Positions 13,239 through 23,068 of a DNA stretch of 64,000 nt are shown piece after piece. Position 1 is the first letter of the stretch. Every line of letters starts with the position of its first letter. The stretch is taken from the sequence record OR670491.1. The stretch is one strand, 5' to 3'. Position numbers and translations under genes: made by a program. Under the pieces are notes generated by a model. That model did not search any database, had not been told where the DNA came from, and saw only the letters and a list, made by a program, of their open reading frames with translations.

Positions 13239-13823
13239 ATGAGTGTTTTAGAAAAACGTCTAGTAATCAGAGACAACAAAATGATTGTTAAGCTAAACAA
13301 AGATGAGGCTGATTCTTTTCTGGCTAAGGCCATTGAGAAATCAGAGAGATACAAAGTACTAGCACCGGATAACAAATCTCCATATGGTTTTAACCACATA
13401 CATGGTCACTTTGTTGGTATGGTATGTGAGCACGCGTCATTCGTTCTTTTTAATGAAATCGAAAATTCAACGGGTATTAAACTCAACATTGACCCTGCAT
13501 TCCAAAGTGATGGTCGTGATGGTGAATGTGATATTCTTGTTAACAACCTACGTATTGAAGTAAAAGGTATTAAGTACAAATCATGGAAAGACTTCGGTCC
13601 ATGTGTTAGTACTCGACAATTGAAAAATATTCAGAAAAAAGCTGACGTGGTTCTATGGGTATTGTATAATGAGAAAAAGCAGGAGTTCTCATTTGAAGGA
13701 TTCAACTACGTCAAGGACATTAGTTCAGTACCAGTAGTATTGACAGGTGTACCAGGCCGTGTTATGATTGAGAACCATCCAGTACTAAGTATCATTAAAC
13801 CATTACAGGAGCTACCACTATGA
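13239..13823 (+). CDS. PD-(D/E)XK restriction-endonuclease-like protein
   Basis: E-helix (MVCEHAS) followed by DGECDILVNNLRIEVKG, matching the D-x(n)-E-x-K catalytic pattern. Confidence 0.6.
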   Translation: MSVLEKRLVIRDNKMIVKLNKDEADSFLAKAIEKSERYKVLAPDNKSPYGFNHIHGHFVGMVCEHASFVLFNEIENSTGIKLNIDPAFQSDGRDGECDILVNNLRIEVKGIKYKSWKDFGPCVSTRQLKNIQKKADVVLWVLYNEKKQEFSFEGFNYVKDISSVPVVLTGVPGRVMIENHPVLSIIKPLQELPL

Positions 13824-16800
13824 TTTGTGCAAACGTTTTTCAGGATACTGGTGACGAGTACAATACTAAACTTGGGTTTTTATCTTTCCCTGTTCTACCA
13901 CCCATCGGTGCAACATTAAATCTCACGATTAACGGACATGAAACTTATTTTAAAGTCATTGATATTGAGTACTGTGCTAAGTTGTACGAACGTATTCACG
14001 AATTGGCAATTCCAGTAGATATTGATATCATCGTTAAAGAGGATATTTAAATGTTTAAAAACTTTCTAGCTATTGCAGCAGTTGTTTTTCTGGTGAGTGC
14101 AGTTAGCAATCCTGTTTATGCTTCAGTTACTGAAGACACTACACCTACGCAGAAGATTAAAACTATCGGCACTGGAAAACAGCCACCTAAACGCAGTGCT
14201 GACGAGTATATCCCTGAGATGAGGGAGAACGCCAGACAGACTCGTGCTTTGCGTCAGAGCCGTGAAGATGCGTTATTCAGCCCTGAACAGCAACGTCTTC
14301 GTAAAAGCAAAGGTCATAAGTGGGATGTAGTGAAATCCCCATCATTCTGTGCTGGATATGCAAAAGTGAAGATGGAACAACACAACAACCAGTACTACCA
14401 GGATATGATTACATTCTATGATGCACGTATCTCGGATACAGATATGATGTCGGGAACTGTAGATCGTGAAAAGTTCCTTGCTGGCTATGACATGATTGAT
14501 GATAACAAAATCATGGAATGTGTTGAAGTATATGAGAAGTACAGAGGATTTGACGAATGATTTATCTCGTATTACTTTTTTCACCTTTAATATTCTTTGT
14601 TGTGTACAATATTATTATTGACACACGAAACTTCAAGTACACAGTAATTATCTGTAAGAACGAGGGATGGTCTAACTTCCTTAGAGTTCTCTGGGAATCT
14701 TACTTCATTGATAAAAGATTCGTGAGGTGTCCTGAATTTGATAAGTGGGAGTATAGTAACGCTAAACTATCATCTATTGAGTACATACTTAGACATTACT
14801 TGAGTTCAACTAAAGGTGTTACATTCGAGAAAGCATACCCTTATGATAGGTCGTATGTAAAATATCGTTTGGAATATCAAGATAAACTTGTTAAACTAGA
14901 GATGTACCACAAGGGTGTGTTTTGCTATGTATTTGACTATCTGGTGATCCCACCTTACCATGCACGATTGATTGAAGCAGCAATTAAAAAGAATGATAAA
15001 AATATTCTTGACATACTTTAAATAACCCAGTATACTAATCTCATAACGTAATCACTAGAGGATATAAAGATGGACGTATTAGCTACCCAATTCAAACGTA
15101 ATGCAGAACTTCGTGAAGGTTACATGAGTATTAGTGAAGTTGTTGAGAACAATTTTAAACAATACATCTTTAACTCGGCTATCAAGATTAAGCCTACTAA
15201 AGAATCACCAGACCGTAGCTTTACCAAATGGATCGCTTACTGGGAAGAATCCCCGATTGCAATCGAGATGACTGTAATTACTACAGTACTGGAAACTGGT
15301 TACGTTAAGGCAACCATCGTTGATAAGAAAGTGCGTACCTTAGAAGAAGTGGGTGAGTATCCTGCACGTAACTCTAAAGTATTTGGCTATCTGGTTGATT
15401 CTAAGTTTAAACTAGAAAAAGATGTCCGTGCATATGTGATGGATAAAGTACAGCAACTTTCTGACACACAACAACAATCACCTGCACCTGTTTCAAAAAG
15501 CGAAGCTGTGGACCAAGCAGCGATTGAACAAATCAAAAAGGCATGGGGTCTGAAATAATGTTCAGTTCACAAAACATTAAGTACATCTTCTTGTTTGGTA
15601 TTCTGTCATGGGTTATTCTTCCAGTACTAGATGTACTGGGAGTACCATCCGATAATAAAATTAATGAAATTTTCGGTTTATCATCTGCGTTTTTTGCTTT
15701 CGGTGTATTAGGTCTTGGTATATATATGGTTTTTGAGGGTTATGGTGATAAAGATGACCGACGCAGATTTTTCATGTTCATGTTTGGTAAGATGCATTAT
15801 AATTTCATCTTTACATTTAGTCTGATTCCGTGTATCATATATGCAGTGTGTTATGAATACTACGACTACGCAGGTTGGGGTCTTGAAGTGTTCTTGATTT
15901 TAGAATACATCAGGACTAAACAAAATGAATATGCATATTTGTATGCTATGATGAAAGTGAAGGAATGATAAAATGTATTCAAAAAATAAAACATTGTTTA
16001 TTGTTTATATTATTATTATCATTGATGCAATTAGTAATTACCTCACACTCAATAACATTGAAACATTTATCAATCCGATATGGTTCTGTATAAATCTTGG
16101 AGCACTTGCAGTATTCTCAGCGATTGCATTACTGGGATTGATTGCAGTGTATCTGATTGGTTTGAACGAAAATGACAGAGTTGATTTTGTTAAGGAATAC
16201 GGAACGAAATCATTATCAAAATTCGTTTGGGTTCTTCCATTATGTTTGCTTATAGTGTATGATGTTCAAATGCATTTATATGAATCAGCCGTAATTTTAA
16301 CACCTATCATGCTTATATATAACGCTTTCGTTAATGAGCACAGGTTAGCCATTAAAGAACACTTCATACGAATGGCTAAGATGGGAACCACTCAATTGAA
16401 TGAACAAGAGGATTGAACTAATGAACGTTGAACGTGTCCAAGAATTAGCAGCAGCATTACAGGCGAACGAAAACCAATGTCAAGAACTGCGTGATACTAT
16501 TAAAGTCGAGTACGCACGCTTACAGGGTCTTCTCCAGGAATCTAACTGGGTAGTAACCAAAGGTATCGAAGCAATCTATAAAGATATTGAATCCCTTTTC
16601 AACAAGAAGTCTAAGTTTGAATCCGATTCTTACAACAAACGTAAAGAACTAAATTCAGTACTGGGTGTCTAAAAAAAAAAGTACTTGACCAATTGAATAT
16701 CATGGAGTACATTGTGCTCCTACTTTAATGAAAAGCCAAAAGGAAATAAAATGAAATCTATTCTCGTTGCAGTTAACCTGGTTGCTTCCCCATCTTTCAA

Positions 16801-17436
16801 CTTCAAAAAAGTTGTTGCTGACAATCTGAAGAACATCTGCCCTAATGCTGAATTGACTTTCTGTGTATTCGATTCCGAGAAACTAACAACTGTTGATCTA
16901 AACTATCTCTTGAACGATGTACAAAGTATTTCTGGTGAAAGTAACTTCAATGTAGTTCAGGAAGTTGCAGACGAGTATGATGATACTTTGGTTATTTCGG
17001 AGAATTTCTAAATCCAATGCGAAGAATCATACAGTACTTAATCAGGAAATTATTTCGTTATGAAACGATAGAATATAAAGCTAATCTTGCATACCAAATT
17101 TACATAGCATTGTGTACTGGTGATTACGCTGTGTTGAATAAGTACTGTGCTTCTAAAGCAACTATTGATATAATGGCACTTCGTCTGTACGAGTGCCAGT
17201 TCTTTAGATACAATCATTATCAGTACAGATATGATGAAAAAGATTTCAATAGCATTGATATGCTAACGAAATTATGTAATAATAAAAAGAATATTCACAT
17301 ATCAGAATTCACCGCATTGTATTTTTATCTCAAGAGTTCATTATATATTAACTCTATGAAGAGATTCGATACTCGTGTTAATGCATTTGAAGGTAAAGAA
17401 TATGAGATATATGATAAATTTTTAGATAAGGTGTAA
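13820..17436 (+). other. nine hypothetical CDS
   Basis: 13820-14050, 14051-14560 (signal peptide), 14557-15021 (TM), 15070-15558, 15558-15968 and 15973-16416 (multi-TM), 16400-16672 (coiled coil), 16751-17011, 17017-17436. Confidence 0.7.
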
Positions 17437-17437
17437 T

Positions 17438-17935
17438 ATGACTACTGTTTATATTGATAAGCGTTTAGGCGTATTAATGACTGATTCAAGGGTGACAAGT
17501 ACTCGCCCACGAATTTTTTTGGGTATCTTCCCATTAAAAGAAAAAAACCACTACGGTGTTGTTTCACAGAAAACCTTGTATGTTCATGACCGTCTCTTCA
17601 GTGCAGCAGGATCAGTTTCTGAAATTGACAAAGTACTGAATTATTTAATTACTGGTGAAAAGGTAATTCCTTCCAAAAAGCTATCGTGCCATTGTGTGTT
17701 GTTATCTAAGGACTATTGTATTCATTTTGTCCTAGTAGACGGTAAGTTCGTTAAGAAGTTAGTTTTTCTACACAAGGACTACACGTTTTTTATGGGTAGT
17801 GGTGGTGAATATATGATTGACGCAGCTTGTCATGAGGACTATAGTACTCTCCAAGCTAAAGTACTGGATACTTTTATGAAAGTAAAAAATCATGATTGTT
17901 TCAGTGATGATAATATTAATGTATATCGTTTTTGA
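17438..17935 (+). CDS. HslV-like (Ntn-hydrolase) peptidase subunit
   Basis: N-terminal MTTV...LMTDSRVT and MGSGGEYM match HslV TTIV...AGDGQAT and IGSGGPYA. Confidence 0.65.
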   Translation: MTTVYIDKRLGVLMTDSRVTSTRPRIFLGIFPLKEKNHYGVVSQKTLYVHDRLFSAAGSVSEIDKVLNYLITGEKVIPSKKLSCHCVLLSKDYCIHFVLVDGKFVKKLVFLHKDYTFFMGSGGEYMIDAACHEDYSTLQAKVLDTFMKVKNHDCFSDDNINVYRF

Positions 17936-17957
17936 TTTTTTTCATTAGGAGCCGTAA

Positions 17958-18920
17958 TTGAAAAAGCTAGATCTAAATGCAATTGCTGATGAAGTACTGG
18001 ATGAATGTTTTGCTAGTGAAGAAGTCAACGTATTAGAGGCAATTGATGCCGTTGAAGAAGAACATGATGACCACAAGTTCGAGAAGCCTAACACTGGTAT
18101 CAGTTTGACTCGTCCTAAAGGTGTAACGAATGAAATGCTCATCCAGGAAGTACGTGATGGCATTAACGTTGAAAAGAACATTGATCTTCTGGTACGTTAC
18201 AACTACCCAATGATTGTTAGTACTGCTCGTAAATGTACATGTTTCATCCCATTTGAAGATAAGATTTCATATGGTGTTGAAGGTTTAATGCGAGCGATTC
18301 ATACATTCGATCCTACCAAGAACGTTAAGTTCATTACCTATGCAACAACAACAGTGTATATGACAATCTATAACGAAAGTGCAGACGCTAACTACCTAGT
18401 GCACTTCCCACGTTATATGAGTGTTAACAACATTTATGTGAAACGTTGTGTAGAAGCGTACCAAAAGAAATATGGTAGGTTCCCAACTCCAGAGATGGTC
18501 GCTGAAGAGACTGGTATTGAGATTCAACACGTTAAGAATTGTCTAACCTACACCAATACTTATATGGCATTGGATATGAAATTGAGTACTGATTCAGAAA
18601 GTACCTTGTCTGACATTGTTACTACAGTTGATCCTGATTACAACTTAGGTGCAGAAACTATCAGTATCCCACTGGTACAAAGTATTGCAGATATGATGCA
18701 TAATCTATCTGAAAAAGACCGTGAGTTGATTGAACGTGTACATGGTATTGGTTCAGCACAAGAACCAGAAACGCTACGAGAAATCATTGAGAGCGGTTTT
18801 GAAGATGAGAAGGGTAAAGTCATTACTGCTCGTTCTTCCTTGCACCGTAAGTACTCTGACGCAATGGAACGCCTACGTAAGATGGTGAAGTCCAGAGGTT
18901 ATGAGTTCGAAGATTTTTAA
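17958..18920 (+). CDS. phage-encoded sigma-70-family RNA polymerase sigma factor
   Basis: Region 2 NYPMIVSTARK...GVEGLMRAIHTFDPTKNVKFITYAT, region 3 GRFPTPEMVAEETG, region 4 LSEKDRELIERVHGIG...TLREI. Confidence 0.85.
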   Translation: MKKLDLNAIADEVLDECFASEEVNVLEAIDAVEEEHDDHKFEKPNTGISLTRPKGVTNEMLIQEVRDGINVEKNIDLLVRYNYPMIVSTARKCTCFIPFEDKISYGVEGLMRAIHTFDPTKNVKFITYATTTVYMTIYNESADANYLVHFPRYMSVNNIYVKRCVEAYQKKYGRFPTPEMVAEETGIEIQHVKNCLTYTNTYMALDMKLSTDSESTLSDIVTTVDPDYNLGAETISIPLVQSIADMMHNLSEKDRELIERVHGIGSAQEPETLREIIESGFEDEKGKVITARSSLHRKYSDAMERLRKMVKSRGYEFEDF

Positions 18921-18927
18921 GATTAAA

Positions 18928-18954
18928 GGGTTGACTTCGGTCAACCCTTTTTTT
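18928..18954 (+). terminator. GGGTTGAC-TTCG-GTCAACCC terminator (cassette copy)
   Basis: Perfect 8-bp stem, cUUCGg loop, T7 tract. Confidence 0.9.
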
Positions 18955-18985
18955 ATGGGACAAATTCGTAAATGGTGATACAATG

Positions 18986-19480
18986 ATCTATGCACAACCA
19001 CAATGACAGTACTTGTACTGATAATCTTCCCTAATTCACTTGAAAACGTAAAGGATAGATGAGCTTTTCATTGTAGCGAACAGCAAAAGAAACCCGTTAG
19101 ATGTGGGCATAGTTTGAACCCCTCACGGCAATGCGGCTGTATAAAGAACCACGTTAGGATGGCTGGTGGTTCCTCGATAGACATATAAGGATAACACCTT
19201 ACGAATTATCTAAGGGAGAGTTATCAGATTTTGTACAATATAGTTGCGTCCAAAATTTGAGTACTCACATTAAGTATTTGATTGCATAGATACTTAATGA
19301 AGATACACTATGTTTAAAAGTGTAGACCGTCATATGAAACTGAAGTAGAGAGAAACAGGATGATCCGCTTTCGTGCTCTTTAAGAGTAATCTTCAATGCA
19401 ATAGCTCTGATACCATCAGCGTCAAATTCCCCTCTGTGTGGGGGGGGAAGAAAAATCCCTTTCTCAAATCCCGTCAATAT
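18986..19480 (+). ncRNA. candidate long structured non-coding RNA or regulatory region
   Basis: About 500 bp without a credible ORF; several stems (GAACCAC/GTGGTTC, CATTAAGTAT/ATACTTAATG, TTCCCCTC/GGGGGGAA). Confidence 0.35.
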
Positions 19481-19582
19481 TATAAAGTCCTTGACAGTTA
19501 TTATACATTCGCGTAAGATACGTAGTATCAGAAGCGAACAGACATCTCGAAGAGATGGATGATTAACATTAAGGAACATCTA

Positions 19583-22568
19583 ATGAATTCAACAATCTTC
19601 TTAGTAGCAGCTCTTTCAATGCAAAGCGGTGTACAAATCACTCCAATGAATTCCATGAATCAATGTATTTCTGTTCGTGATAGTACCTACGAACAGGTCA
19701 ATAAAAATATCTGGATGTCTATTGACAAAGAACAGATGTGGTGTTATAACAGTAATACAAAAGTTAAACTGTTTGTTGGTGAGAAAGAATAATAGTTGAC
19801 ACGTAAGAAGTTCTAGAGTATAATTTCTACATTGAGTACTGAACTAAATCATTAATTAATCAAGAGGGTTTATCATGCAAGTTATCGTTCTTATCGTTGG
19901 TATCGTACTGGGTGTTTATGGTCATTCCTGGATGCAGGAGAAGTTTCCTAATACTCGTCCAGACTTCTGTAGCACTACGGTGAGTTCTGAACTATCTAAA
20001 GATAGCAAAGATAGCATTGGTACTAAACTGGATAAAGTACTGAACGTAATTAACGAGTGAGGTAAGTTGTAATGTTTATTCCTAATAATTCTAAAATTGG
20101 AACACAAGTACAACTTCTAGAAGATGTAAGTACTTGCAGTGGTACTTTCACTAAAGGTCACATCTTAACTATCACAGGTGAAACCGAGCGTGGTTATGAT
20201 TTGGAAGATGCTGATGGTAATCGTATCTTAGAAGCAGGGTTTAGTCGTTTTGTTGAAGTGGATAGTACTGACCAGAAAGAAACAGAAGGTCATTGTTTTG
20301 ATTACCAAGAAGTCAACTCAAAATGTATCTGTGGTGAAATTTATAGTAAATGGGATTGACATAGTATAGAAATACTATATAATGTTTATATCAAATGAAA
20401 TTCACTTTAACCAACGATAGGAAAATATTATGTCTTTAACCAAAGAAGAACGTGACCTTATTGAAAAAGCAATCTGGTTTTATGCAAATGAAAGCCAGTG
20501 CAGTGATGAAGAAGCACGTGAACTGTGCAACCACCTTAGACAGAAACAAGAACTGAAAGTGTATCGTATACGTGCTGTGGATGATGGGGATCGTATTGTT
20601 CTAGCGGAAACAAAAGAAGAAGCAGAACAAATCTTCACTGATAATAACGAAAATCCACATTACATGGAAGAAGTCTGTGAAGTGAAAAAAGGTACTTATA
20701 TCGATTGACAGTACTGAATAATAGCAGTATAATGTTTATATCAAAGGGAATGCAGTGAAAGGAAAGACAGCATAATCGTACTCGTCACTGCGTTTCCACC
20801 CTTTTAAATTAAATGAGGAATTAATTATGTTTCAAACTAACACTCAAGGTTTTGTAATCATCGATCTGAATAAAAACAGCGGTCATTGGATGAAACCTAC
20901 TGACGCATGTATGCAGTTTGATTTCTTAGGTTATAAAATCAGTGTAAGCACTGGTGGTTCAGTACTGCGTGGTGGTTGTATCGTTGAACATCTCGTCACT
21001 GATCCTGAAGGCCGCGAATACGAAATCGCAGGTTCAGTACAAGATGCTATCATGTTCGTGTGTCAGCGTGAAATGAATGGCAGTAACAGCAACGCACTGA
21101 CAAACGCATTATCACAAGAAGTGGAGGTTCGTTAATGAAATATATTGTTTTAGTAGTAATGGCGTTTTTACTGAGTGCTTGTGATGCAAGTACGAAAGAC
21201 CGAACCAGTGAATTCCTTCTCCCTACTGAGTTAAAGGATGCTGGGTGTAAGATTTACCGTATGCGTCAGGAAGGTGATGGTGCAACTTTGTACACAGTTT
21301 ACTGCCCTAATGCTAATACCAGTACATCTTTCCGTACAGGAAAGACAACCGTACATGCATCTGTCATCAATGGTGAATAACATGGGATTGGACACAACTA
21401 AAGCCCAAGAACTACATAAGCGAGCAATGGATGAAGAGTTTTTAGCAAACATTCGCTATAAGATGGAGAAGCTATATCGTAGTGCTGAAATCTTAGAAGA
21501 CAAAAAACCTTCCATGACTACAAAATATTTCAATATCACTAACGACATTTGTTATAGTCCAGGTGAAATTTGGATTGAGTGGGAGTCTTGGACAGGGGAT
21601 ATTCTTCGTGTGCAAGGTTATTGTGTTCAATACGCTTTCGACGGTAATTCTAAATCACTGAAGGTACTATGTACTAATACGAATGATGTAGTGGATGTCA
21701 ACTTACATTGTATTAAATGGGTTGACTTTGGAGATGTAGATGAATAAAATTAAATTCATTGTACTTATGGTTCTCATGTGTGTTTCACTCACTGGGTGTG
21801 ATGAAGACCTTTCAGCTAAAACATTAGCTCGCTGGAACTGTAAGATGACTGGTGAGAAGTTCAAAACAGTCGAAAGTGTTTGTGTTGGTGAAGGTAGAAG
21901 CCGCTGCGACAAAATGGTTGACCATGAAGTGGAATTGTTTGTATATGATTGTCCAACAAAGGGTCGAGTACTGAGTAAAAGTGAGTTAATTTATAATTGA
22001 CAGTACACCACAAAAGGGATACAATGTATCCCTACTTTAATCGAAGAGGCTAACAAATGACTACTAATGAAATGCTGAAAGCAATCTGGGATAAAGGTTA
22101 TGAACTGAAAGTAACCAGTACTGAGATTCGCGTATTCAAGACTGAGTACTGTGAATATCTGGATTTAGATACTTATAACAGTATTGTCGTTGAGCAACAC
22201 AAAGGCAATGTTACTGAAAGTATTGATTCAGTACTTAAACGTTCTTTAGCTATCGTTGGTGCTTAAAATGAATTCAGATTTACAGAAGATGATTGGATTT
22301 GGTATTTCTGTGTTTTTTGTTATGATTTCTTTTGCAATTTTCATCCCTAAACTATTTCATTAAGAGGTGTATTATGATTTCTTTATATGTTGCTGTTATG
22401 CTCACTCATGGACAAATCGACCGCACCGTAGGTAAAGGTGTTTACACTACAGCAGATGAATGTTACACTGCTACTGCTTGGCCTCAAGATGAAGGTTCAA
22501 GTAATGAATTCAAATGTCTCAAAGTTAAAGGTGACTTTGTTAATCTTAAGGTTGTTGAGGCCAAATAA
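19583..22568 (+). other. run of small early genes behind several sigma-70 promoters
   Basis: 19583-19792, 19875-20060, 20072-20359, 20430-20708, 20827-21135, 21135-21380 (lipobox LLSAC), 21382-21747, 21740-22000 (lipobox SLTGC), 22057-22266, 22268-22363 (31-aa TM, not in track), 22374-22568; promoters include 19491-19519, 20705-20733 and about 21997-22025. Confidence 0.7.
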
Positions 22569-23068
22569 TGGATATAAACGATTTACTATCGATAGTTTCA
22601 AGACCATGTAAACACTCTTTTGATAGTCATTCCTTTAATTACACAGACAAGATTCAAGTAGTCACCGAGGAATGTTATGGAGTAACAACTATACAGATTT
22701 TGGATAACTATAGTAATAGTTTATGTTATATATACTTGACAAACCGCAGTGATGAACTTAAAAAAACCGAAATTGTATTATTTGGCAAACAGTGTTCAGA
22801 CACGCGTGATATTGAGATACTTTATTATCCTGGAAAATCTACACGCGAAATTGTTTATGACATGTACGCACTAGATGATAACTTTGTTATTGATTACAGT
22901 ACTGAAGAAAAGGTTTTTCAACAAAGTTTAGTACACAACTTTGTGTTGGGTGATCCTGGTATTCCAAAGATTTTTAAAATTCTCGATTCAATTACAGTGG
23001 ATTTTGAATTTCATATGTGCATACGTTCTGAATACTTGGATGATTTTGTGGAGATTTTCGGTTTATGA
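22568..23068 (+). CDS. hypothetical protein, FQxS-motif family
   Basis: STEEKVFQQSLVHN motif. Confidence 0.8.
   Translation: MDINDLLSIVSRPCKHSFDSHSFNYTDKIQVVTEECYGVTTIQILDNYSNSLCYIYLTNRSDELKKTEIVLFGKQCSDTRDIEILYYPGKSTREIVYDMYALDDNFVIDYSTEEKVFQQSLVHNFVLGDPGIPKIFKILDSITVDFEFHMCIRSEYLDDFVEIFGL

Noticed and set aside
18986-19500. tmRNA, RNase P RNA or 6S RNA identity for the gap after the sigma gene
   Set aside because: No tRNA-like termini or tag ORF, no full GAGGAAAGUCC P4 motif, no end-to-end rod structure visible.
19265-19579. - strand 104-aa ORF
   Set aside because: Antisense to the local gene direction, crosses a promoter and hairpins, no RBS, atypical composition.
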